From Ignavibacteria bacterium (GTDB taxonomy: Bacteria; Bacteroidota; Ignavibacteria; Tepidaquicellales; Tepidaquicellaceae), in contig JADLKE010000002.1 of assembly GCA_015657505.1 (NCBI GenBank), positions 190,067 to 254,066 on the forward strand: 64,000 nucleotides of DNA, written 5' to 3'. Both the position numbers and the translations under genes were made by a program. Shown here in pieces: positions 19,136-26,477 of the stretch; the stretch's first letter is position 1, and each line of letters begins with the position of its first letter. The notes under the pieces were generated by a model. It did no database searches. It saw only the letters and a program-made list of their open reading frames with translations, and had not been told where the DNA came from.

Positions 19136-20467
19136 CTACTTCCCCTTTACTGTCTTTCTCCCTATGCTGTAATAAGTATAGCCGAGTTCCTTCATAACAT
19201 TGACCGCGTATATGTTACGACCGTCGAATATTAATTTATTCTTCAACAACGCGGACATTTTTTCAAAATCAGGATTGCGGAATTCATTCCATTCGGTAAA
19301 TATCAGCAGCGCATCGGCGTTTTTCAAAGCGTCATATTCGTCATTTGCGTATGTTATCGTGTTCTTCAGGTAGAATTTCGATGTCTCAATCGCGGCGGGA
19401 TCGTAAGCGGACACTTTCGCCCCGGCTTTAAGCAGTTCGTTTATTATGACGACGGAGGGCGCTTCGCGCATGTCGTCCGTGTTGGGTTTGAACGCCAGGC
19501 CCCATGCGGCAAAATTCTTTCCTTTAATATCCCCGTTGAAGTGCTTCACGACCTTATCGAAAAGAATTTTTTTCTGCTGCTTGTTTATTCTGTCGACGAC
19601 TGTGAGCAGATTCATTTCCGAGCCGCGGTCAACGGAAGTTTTTATGAGCGCGTTCACGTCTTTCGGAAAGCAGGAGCCGCCGTACCCGATGCCCGCAAAG
19701 AGAAATCTCTTTCCTATTCTTGTATCCGTTCCCATCCCGCGTCTCACGTTGTCAATATCAGCCCCCACCGCTTCACAGAAATTCGCAAGTTCGTTCATAT
19801 AAGTTATTCGCATCGCGAGATAGGAATTCGCGGCGTACTTCGTCACTTCCGAACTCGCAGTATTCATTTCCACGATTGGATTGCCCTGTCTAACGAAAGG
19901 CTCATACAGGAGCCTCATTTTCTCGAGCGCGGTTTTGCTCTCGGAACCTATGACAATTCTGTCGGGCTTCATGAAATCTTCGACCGCAAAACCTTCGCGG
20001 AGAAATTCCGGATTTGAGACTATGTCAAAATTATCGCCGCCTTCCTTTCGAATTTCGTTCTCGACAAGTTGAGCCGTGCCCACGGGAACAGTGCTCTTGT
20101 TCACTATTATTTTATATTCCTTATTTCCGCTTGCTTTTAATATTCCGCCTATTTCCTTCGCGACGCCGAGCACGTACTGAAGGTCGGCGGAGCCGTCTTC
20201 ACCCTGCGGTGTCGGCAGGCAAAGAAACACGACTTCCGAATTTAATACTGCTTGCTTCAAATCACCCGTAAAAATCAGTCTTTTCTTTTCTATGTTTCTG
20301 CTGAAAATAATCTCGAGTCCCGGTTCGTAAATCGTAACTTCGGCGTTCTGTAACTTTTTAAGTTTTTCAGGGCTGTTATCGACGCAGATGACGTTATTGC
20401 CCATCTCCGCGAAACAGGTTCCCGACACCAATCCTACATATCCTGTACCAATAACGGAAATATCCAT
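19136..20467 (-). CDS. ugd: UDP-glucose 6-dehydrogenase
   Basis: 443 aa with IGTGYVGLVSG, the GGSCFPKD catalytic Cys motif, and the LAFKPNTDD pattern. Confidence 0.93.
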   Translation of the reverse strand: MDISVIGTGYVGLVSGTCFAEMGNNVICVDNSPEKLKKLQNAEVTIYEPGLEIIFSRNIEKKRLIFTGDLKQAVLNSEVVFLCLPTPQGEDGSADLQYVLGVAKEIGGILKASGNKEYKIIVNKSTVPVGTAQLVENEIRKEGGDNFDIVSNPEFLREGFAVEDFMKPDRIVIGSESKTALEKMRLLYEPFVRQGNPIVEMNTASSEVTKYAANSYLAMRITYMNELANFCEAVGADIDNVRRGMGTDTRIGKRFLFAGIGYGGSCFPKDVNALIKTSVDRGSEMNLLTVVDRINKQQKKILFDKVVKHFNGDIKGKNFAAWGLAFKPNTDDMREAPSVVIINELLKAGAKVSAYDPAAIETSKFYLKNTITYANDEYDALKNADALLIFTEWNEFRNPDFEKMSALLKNKLIFDGRNIYAVNVMKELGYTYYSIGRKTVKGK

Positions 20468-20490
20468 ATAAAATTTTTATTTGAAATTTA

Positions 20491-21465
20491 TTAATACTTT
20501 TGATTCTTATGCCAGTTCCAGGCAGTCTCGATTATTCTGCTCAATCCGTATTCAGGCTTCCACCCGAGAACTTTTTTCGCTTTCGAATTATCCGCGACCA
20601 ATACTGCAGGGTCCCCTGCCCTCCTGTCAACTATTTCGGATTTAATATCAATGCCCGTAATTTCCCTTGCCGCATTTACGATTTCCTTGACTGAGTATCC
20701 GTCGCCTGTGCCCAGATTGATTACGGTGGAAGGATTTCCCCCGTCAAGATACTCGAGCGCGAGCACGTGAGCATCAGCGAGGTCGTTGACGTGTATGTAA
20801 TCACGTATGCACGTACCGTCTTTCGTATCGTAATCATCACCGTAAATTTTTATGCTTTTTCTTTTTCCGAGCGCCGCAAAAAGAACGAGAGGGATTAAAT
20901 GAGGCTCGGGTTCATGACTTTCGCCTATCGAGCCGTCGTCCGAACATCCTGCAGCGTTGAAATATCTCAATGCTGCATATTTTAATCCGTGAGATTCGTC
21001 ATAATCGCCGAGTATGTTCTCAATCATTAATTTCGTTCTCGCGTAGGGATTTATCGGCGCGGGCTGCTGAACTTCGGAAATCGGAATCGTTACCGGATTC
21101 CCGTATATTGAGCAGGTTGACGAGAACACAAATTTCTTTATACCGTTCTCGTTAACAGCGTTTATGAGATTGTAACTTCCCACAACATTGTTTTCGTAAT
21201 AAAGACCGGGGTTTTCCACGGACTCGCCGACATACGCGAATGCTGCGAAATGAACGACAGCGTCGAATTCGTGATTCGAAAACACATTCTTCAAACCATC
21301 CTTATCGAGCAAATCCGCTTTTTCAAACAGTATGTTCGGCGGTACGGATTCTGCGTGACCGCGCGAAAGATTATCGAGTATTACTACTTCGTGCCCTTTC
21401 TTTAAAAGCCTTCTTACTGTATGTGAACCTATGTAACCCGCTCCGCCTGTTACGAGTACCCGCAT
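20491..21465 (-). CDS. galE: UDP-glucose 4-epimerase
   Basis: 324 aa with VTGGAGYIGSH, the YARTK catalytic motif and RYFNAAG. Confidence 0.9.
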   Translation of the reverse strand: MRVLVTGGAGYIGSHTVRRLLKKGHEVVILDNLSRGHAESVPPNILFEKADLLDKDGLKNVFSNHEFDAVVHFAAFAYVGESVENPGLYYENNVVGSYNLINAVNENGIKKFVFSSTCSIYGNPVTIPISEVQQPAPINPYARTKLMIENILGDYDESHGLKYAALRYFNAAGCSDDGSIGESHEPEPHLIPLVLFAALGKRKSIKIYGDDYDTKDGTCIRDYIHVNDLADAHVLALEYLDGGNPSTVINLGTGDGYSVKEIVNAAREITGIDIKSEIVDRRAGDPAVLVADNSKAKKVLGWKPEYGLSRIIETAWNWHKNQKY

Positions 21466-21572
21466 CCTTATGATTTAAATTTAAATATTAATCAAAGTAA
21501 TAATTTATAAGCGCTTTATAAATGCAGAAAATACTGTAATCCGGAATATTTGAAATGAAGGGAACCTCTTCG

Positions 21573-21608
21573 CGACGTTTACAAATCCTCGCTTGGACTT
21601 AGCCACGG
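21573..21608. repeat. dispersed repeat unit A, copy 1
   Basis: CGACGTTTACAAATCCTCGCTTGGACTTAGCCACGG is about 86% identical to copy 2. Confidence 0.7.
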
Positions 21609-21658
21609 ATGAAGCATTCTGATTTTTTTATTTATCGGAACTTGTCCGCATAAATGTA

Positions 21659-21708
21659 CGACGTTTAAAAATCTTCTCTTAGACTTAGCCCACGGCTTTA
21701 GCCGTGGG
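21659..21708. repeat. repeat unit A copy 2 plus hairpin CCCACGGC-TTTA-GCCGTGGG
   Basis: CGACGTTTAAAAATCTTCTCTTAGACTTAGCCCACGG. The 8-bp GC-rich hairpin is at 21689-21708. Confidence 0.75.
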
Positions 21709-21726
21709 TAGGATTAAAAAAAACAA

Positions 21727-21788
21727 AAACCGTTTTAACGGTTTCATTTTTGCTGACCAAACCGCTGCTTTAAACCGTTGAAACGGTT
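21727..21788. repeat. two AACCGTT/AACGGTT mini-hairpins
   Basis: AAACCGTT-TT-AACGGTTT at 21727-21744 and AACCGTT-GA-AACGGTT at 21773-21788. Confidence 0.65.
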
Positions 21789-21808
21789 ATGCTGTTTGTA
21801 TTTTCTAC

Positions 21809-21880
21809 CCCACGGCTAAAGCCGTGGGCTAGTTCGGAAAGATAATTCATTATCGTATCTGCTGTTCGTTTTTCAAGATT
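21809..21880. repeat. hairpin CCCACGGC-TAAA-GCCGTGGG plus repeat unit B copy 1
   Basis: The hairpin at 21809-21828 is the exact reverse complement of the one at 21689-21708. Unit B (52 nt, 21829-21880) matches copy 2 at 46/52 positions. Confidence 0.75.
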
Positions 21881-21929
21881 TAATTAAACGTACCTAAAGT
21901 TATTGGTATCCTTGATAGAATATACAATA

Positions 21930-22011
21930 CCCTAGGCTGTCCGCAGCGGCGGACGAGGGCTAATTCGGAAAGATAATTTATTATCGAATCGGCTTTTCGT
22001 TTTTCAAGATT
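21930..22011. repeat. hairpin (GTCCGC-AGCG-GCGGAC, outer CCCT/AGGG) plus repeat unit B copy 2
   Basis: Unit B at 21960-22011 reads CTAATTCGGAAAGATAATTTATTATCGAATCGGCTTTTCGTTTTTCAAGATT. Confidence 0.75.
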
Positions 22012-22049
22012 ATCATAAAAGGCGCTAAATGTTTGTGTATCTGCTATGG

Positions 22050-22069
22050 ATACCGGCTTTCGCCGGTAT
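22050..22069. repeat. hairpin ATACCGGC-TTTC-GCCGGTAT
   Basis: Perfect 8-bp stem in the same spacer. Confidence 0.6.
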
Positions 22070-22104
22070 GACAAACACAAAACTTATTGTCTTTTCAGAA
22101 ATCG

Positions 22105-22150
22105 AATTACTAATTATTAATTATTAATTACTAATTACTAATTGTAATTG
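22105..22150. repeat. heptamer tandem repeat (TAATTAY)n abutting a stop codon
   Basis: AATTAC TAATTAT TAATTAT TAATTAC TAATTAC TAATTGT AATTG ends at the base before the stop codon of 22151..23938. Confidence 0.8.
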
Positions 22151-23938
22151 CTACACCTTATGGTACATATTATCGATAATATGTTTGTACTTCTCCTCGA
22201 CGAATTTTCTTTTTATTTTCAGAGAAGGAGTAAGTTCGCCGCCTTCAATCGTGAATGGTGTCTGAAGAAGATTAAATTTCCTGATTTTCTCGAATGATGC
22301 GAGATTCTTCTGCAAGTCGTTTATATCTTTTTCAATCTGCTTGAGTATAACCTGGTTCGTGAATAAATCAGATTCAAATTCTATCGCTACGTTAAGTTTC
22401 CTCGCAAGAAGTTTCAGTTCGCTGATATCGGGAATTACAAGCGCGGTAACGTACATTCTCTCGTTACCGATTACTATTATCTGGTCAACATACGGCAAAG
22501 ATGAAACGAGTTCCTCGATGTGAGTAGGCGCGATGTATTTCCCTCCCGAAGATTTGAACAGCGATTTTTTCCTGTCAATAATTTTCAGGCGCCCTTCCGA
22601 ATCGAATTCACCGATGTCTCCGGTATGAAACCAGCCGCCTTCAAGCGCTTCCGCCGTTTCCCCGGGCTGGTTATAATACCCTTTCATAACGATATCGCCC
22701 TTAACGAGAATCTCGCCGTCTTCGGCAAGTTTAACCTGAACACCGCGCATTGGATATCCGACTGTCCCATACTTGTTGGAATCGAGGTGATTCACCGCCA
22801 CGACGGGTGAAGTTTCCGTCAGCCCGTATCCTTCGAGGGTCATTATTCCGAGTCCTTCGAAAAACTCGCCGACATTTTTATTCAATGCGCCGCCGCCTGA
22901 AACGAACAACTGAAGGCTCCCGCCTGTTTTCTCGCGAATCTTTCCGAAGACGAGTTTATCAGCCAGTTTCCATTTTACCGTATCCTTGTTGTGCCAGTTT
23001 TCCCTTGCGACGCCTATTCCCCAGTTGAATAACTTCTTCTTAATGCCGTCAGGCATTTCATAAGCGCTCTTCATAAGTTTATTGTAAATCTTGTCGAGCA
23101 GTCTGGGCACGGTTATTACTATCGTAGGCTTAACCTCTACCATCTGCGTTCCGATAGTATCAATGCTTTGCGCGTAATAAATCCTTGAGCCCCAGAAGAA
23201 TGGCAGATAATAACCCGCCGTCCTTTCGTATATATGCGAATACGGAAGGTACGAAAGAAAAACCTGAGTCTCGTCAATCAGTAATACGTCGGGAAAGGAA
23301 ACCAGATTGGAATAAATATTCTTGTGTGTAAGCATAACGCCTTTCGGCGTGCCTGTCGTGCCTGACGTATATATAATCGTAAGAAGGTCGTCATCATTCA
23401 CGCTGTCCGAGATTATCTCGATTCGTTCAAGCAGTTCGCTCTTCGAAAGTTTTTTCTTGTCGGAGAATATGTTCTGAAATGAAATTATATTTTCCTTGAT
23501 GTTCGCCCGTTCAAAACTGTTGAACGAAATTATGTACTTGAGGTCGGGACAGTCTTTTCTGATTGACAGAATCTTATCGAGTTGCATTCCAGTTGATACG
23601 AAAACTATTTCCGCCTTGCAGTCATTGAGAATGTATTTAATAGACTCAGCCGTAAGCGACGCATATATAGGTACCGTTCTGTTCTGGGAGAGTATGCAAG
23701 CCATATCGGTAATTACCCATTCGACGCGGTTTTCCGAAATGATGGCGAGATTGCTGTTCTTTCTTAATCCGAGGTTTTCGAGATACTCCTTTATGCAAAG
23801 GGAATAATTTATAATTTCAAACCTGTTGACCCCGTCGTATTCCTTGTCCTTTTTCGTGAAAATTATATCCTGCATCACATCAAACTTCTTCATCGAATCA
23901 ATAAGCAGCTGCACAAGTGTTTTTTTGTGAATATTCAT
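22151..23938 (-). CDS. long-chain fatty acid-CoA ligase (AMP-forming)
   Basis: 595 aa with the AMP-binding motif YTSGTTGTPKGVMLTHKN, GYGLTETS and the GWFHTGDIG pattern. Confidence 0.88.
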   Translation of the reverse strand: MNIHKKTLVQLLIDSMKKFDVMQDIIFTKKDKEYDGVNRFEIINYSLCIKEYLENLGLRKNSNLAIISENRVEWVITDMACILSQNRTVPIYASLTAESIKYILNDCKAEIVFVSTGMQLDKILSIRKDCPDLKYIISFNSFERANIKENIISFQNIFSDKKKLSKSELLERIEIISDSVNDDDLLTIIYTSGTTGTPKGVMLTHKNIYSNLVSFPDVLLIDETQVFLSYLPYSHIYERTAGYYLPFFWGSRIYYAQSIDTIGTQMVEVKPTIVITVPRLLDKIYNKLMKSAYEMPDGIKKKLFNWGIGVARENWHNKDTVKWKLADKLVFGKIREKTGGSLQLFVSGGGALNKNVGEFFEGLGIMTLEGYGLTETSPVVAVNHLDSNKYGTVGYPMRGVQVKLAEDGEILVKGDIVMKGYYNQPGETAEALEGGWFHTGDIGEFDSEGRLKIIDRKKSLFKSSGGKYIAPTHIEELVSSLPYVDQIIVIGNERMYVTALVIPDISELKLLARKLNVAIEFESDLFTNQVILKQIEKDINDLQKNLASFEKIRKFNLLQTPFTIEGGELTPSLKIKRKFVEEKYKHIIDNMYHKV

Positions 23939-24067
23939 AAATGTGAATTCAGTTATAAATGAGACCGGTGAAATTTAATAAAAATGGTTGTAAAATTAAA
24001 TATTTAAAGACTTCAGGCCTGATTAATTCTTTTTTGTCAGGCGTAAAGAATGAATCATCTTTTAAAA

Positions 24068-25201
24068 TTATCTGTACCCTATTGTGGCATATCCGACCCA
24101 ATGACGGTTGTTCGCGGGAGCCGTTACGCCCAATCTGGTCTCCGATACGGGAACCTGCGGATGGTCGATGCTCGTCGCGTACTTGACGATTGTACCTCTG
24201 AGGTTGTCCCCGTAAAGTTCCTGAAGATAATATGTCGTCAGAAGACCAAACGGCACGGAATATCTGCCGCACCAGGTCCACTTGTATTCCTTGAAATCAT
24301 CATCACTGACTGTGTATGAAGTGAACTTCCGAATCTTTTCGGGAAGTATTTTGCCTTCAAGACATGAACTCATAATTTCGTGCTCGTGATTTACCGCTTT
24401 GCAATAACCTGCGGAATCGACTCCGTAATCGGCGTAATTCTTTCCGCCCCAGTCTTCATCTCCGTAATGAACCGCGTCGGAAGAAATTACAAGAGCAAAA
24501 TCCTTTCCCCATTCGAGTTTGCTCCTCAATGCCGTCTCCTGTATCGCCAGCGACAACGATTTTGCGATGTCGTTCATAACTCCGTAAGACGCGTAAGGAA
24601 CGAGTATGCTGATTATCTCGACGTCTTTATTGTAATACTGCAGCACGGGAACAATCGCTTCTACCGAATGCTCCTCGGCCTGAACTTCGTCGTTGACTTC
24701 GTATATATTCTTATCCAGTTGTTTTATAATCTTATCCCGCATCTCGGAGACGGGCGCGCTTCCGTAAGGCGTTTTCCACTGCGTGTAACTGTCAAAGATT
24801 AATTTGTTTTCAAGATTGTATTGCTTTGCCTTGTGGCACACGCCGATGATTATGACCGTCTTCGCGTGTATGTTCCGGAGAATCGACGGATAAAGATATC
24901 CGACATATGTGTAATCGTCGTGAGGACAGATGACTGTTTTCCATCTTAAAGTTTCGTTCATTCCCGCGTCGTCTAATGTCTTTTTAACTAAATCATATTC
25001 GTTACCCTCAATATAGTTCATGAACCTGTCCAGTTTTTCCGCTGTGTTCGGAAATCCCACTGTATCAACCAATCTCCTCACCTTAATCTGACCGGATTTT
25101 CCGTCGTCCTGAGCGTACAAGCCGGAAGAACAAACAGAAATCGATGTAAGCAGTAAGGTGAATAGCAAGAAATTATGAATGCCGTAAGAAATATTTTTCA
25201 T
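24068..25201 (-). CDS. Memo-like (AmmeMemoRadiSam system protein B family) protein with signal peptide
   Basis: 377 aa. Memo-type motifs CPHDDYTYVGY, EEHSVEAIVPVLQY, SSDAVHYG and WCGRYSVPFG, with an N-terminal hydrophobic signal ending ...GLYAQDD. Confidence 0.6.
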   Translation of the reverse strand: MKNISYGIHNFLLFTLLLTSISVCSSGLYAQDDGKSGQIKVRRLVDTVGFPNTAEKLDRFMNYIEGNEYDLVKKTLDDAGMNETLRWKTVICPHDDYTYVGYLYPSILRNIHAKTVIIIGVCHKAKQYNLENKLIFDSYTQWKTPYGSAPVSEMRDKIIKQLDKNIYEVNDEVQAEEHSVEAIVPVLQYYNKDVEIISILVPYASYGVMNDIAKSLSLAIQETALRSKLEWGKDFALVISSDAVHYGDEDWGGKNYADYGVDSAGYCKAVNHEHEIMSSCLEGKILPEKIRKFTSYTVSDDDFKEYKWTWCGRYSVPFGLLTTYYLQELYGDNLRGTIVKYATSIDHPQVPVSETRLGVTAPANNRHWVGYATIGYR

Positions 25202-25226
25202 AAGGTTAAGTTTTAAATTACCCTTC

Positions 25227-25252
25227 GGGAAAAACCTCTTTCAAACTTAGCC
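25227..25252. repeat. third, shortened copy of repeat unit A
   Basis: GGGAAAAACCTCTTTCAAACTTAGCC shares GGGAAcCTCTT and (G/A)ACTTAGCC with 21560-21604. Confidence 0.5.
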
Positions 25253-25360
25253 TTCCGCTTTTAAAATTTCAAGTTTGATTTTCAACTTTTATTGGACTGC
25301 TCTTTATAACATTATCCTTATGTTATATATTTTTAATATTTTATTTTTGAAATTTGATAT

Positions 25361-25390
25361 AAAAAAAAGGGGCAACCTAAGATTGCTCCC
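25361..25390 (-). terminator. rho-independent terminator downstream of orphan CTD tail
   Basis: On the minus strand, GGGAGCAA-loop-TTGCCCC followed by T8. Duplicate of the terminator at 26424..26457. Confidence 0.75.
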
Positions 25391-25410
25391 TTCGAGAAAA
25401 AACTAATATT

Positions 25411-25485
25411 TTATTTTATCAGTATCATTCTCTTCACGTCAACGAAATTTTTAGATTCGAGGCGGTAGAAATAAACGCCGCCGGA
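25411..25485 (-). pseudogene. orphan 3' remnant of a T9SS CTD gene (last ~24 codons)
   Basis: Translates to ...SGGVYFYRLESKNFVDVKRMILIK*. It is about 90% identical at DNA level to the 3' end of the C25 peptidase gene (26478-26552). No upstream ORF body. Confidence 0.8.
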
Positions 25486-25505
25486 TATTATATTTACCGG
25501 ATCAA

Positions 25506-26140
25506 CTAAATCGGGAATATGATATTTAATCCGGCAGATGCCATAATATAACTCAGCCATCCGCTTTCATTTGATTTGAACGCATTAATTGACGGTTTGA
25601 ATTCGAGAGAAACATATTTCCCTAATGGAGTACTTATGCTTGCAAGAATTTTTCCGCCGAAACATACATCATCGACGCCTAACTCCCAACCGCCTTCATC
25701 GTCTTTTGAACGTTCATAAATGTAAGGTCCGAGCCCTAATCCGACATCGATTTTTGTATTATCGTTTTTGAATACCCTGTACAATATTCCGGTTGTAAAA
25801 TTCTTTAATCCAAACAAATGATTAACCGTTGCGGGATGATTTTCATTATTATAAAACATATACTCAAAATTCAGAAAAATATTATACCTGTCCTTAAGAA
25901 GCGCTTTAACGCCGACATCAAAAGATACCTTGCCTTTGGTGCAAATACTGTTAAACTCTCCTATTGATTTCGGAAACCCGACATCAAGATTCACGGATAT
26001 TTCGCTTAATGTTTTTACAGTGGCGTGCTTATACCCGCTTTCACTCCCCTTTGTCAGGCTTTGATTCCGGGTAATTATATCCTGACAATTTCCAAGATTT
26101 ACGATAAGGAAAAAAGAATTGCAATTTTCAAGGTATTCAT
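25506..26140 (-). CDS. small outer-membrane beta-barrel-like protein, interrupted by a -1 homopolymer frameshift
   Basis: The track ORF 25506..25994 starts at GTG. Upstream, ATG 26140 encodes MNTLKIAILF... and goes out of frame in the A6 run 26110-26115. Adding one base gives a continuous 211-aa protein with signal peptide MNTLKIAILFFLIVNLGNCQD. Confidence 0.6.
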
Positions 26141-26423
26141 GTATTAGAATAATTTAATTAAAAAAGTTATTATTAATTTTATTCCATATTTCAATTGAAT
26201 TGCAGGCGAGTTTTTAATCCTCCAACACCTCAAAAAAGTAAATTACTATTAACTAACATTGTATATTCACATAACAAAAATAATATATATATATAACAAA
26301 TACAATTATTCAGAATTAATGATATTTTCTTCATTAGAATTATGGGATAAATACCGGTAAATTTTATACATCAGGTATAACAAATCATAATTGAAAACTC
26401 TGACAGTATAATTTGAGTGTTGA

Positions 26424-26457
26424 TATAAAAAAAGGGGGCAAATATGAGATTGCCCCC
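26424..26457 (-). terminator. rho-independent terminator of the C25 peptidase gene
   Basis: GGGGGCAA-8 nt-TTGCCCCC followed by T7 on the minus strand. Confidence 0.85.
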
Positions 26458-26477
26458 TTTGAGAAAAAACTAATATT

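Noticed and set aside
21880-22080. 66-aa ORF inside the repeat spacer.
   Set aside because: It is composed of repeat unit B and hairpin sequence, with no start context. It is most likely non-coding.
21481-22150. Possible CRISPR array, because of the repeated hairpins.
   Set aside because: The repeats are of several different kinds, with irregular spacing and length. There is no constant repeat/spacer periodicity and no cas genes in the window.
23949-24319. Small ORFs (110, 75 and 89 aa) around the 3' end of the Memo-like gene.
   Set aside because: They overlap or are antisense to the supported 24068..25201 CDS and have no motifs.
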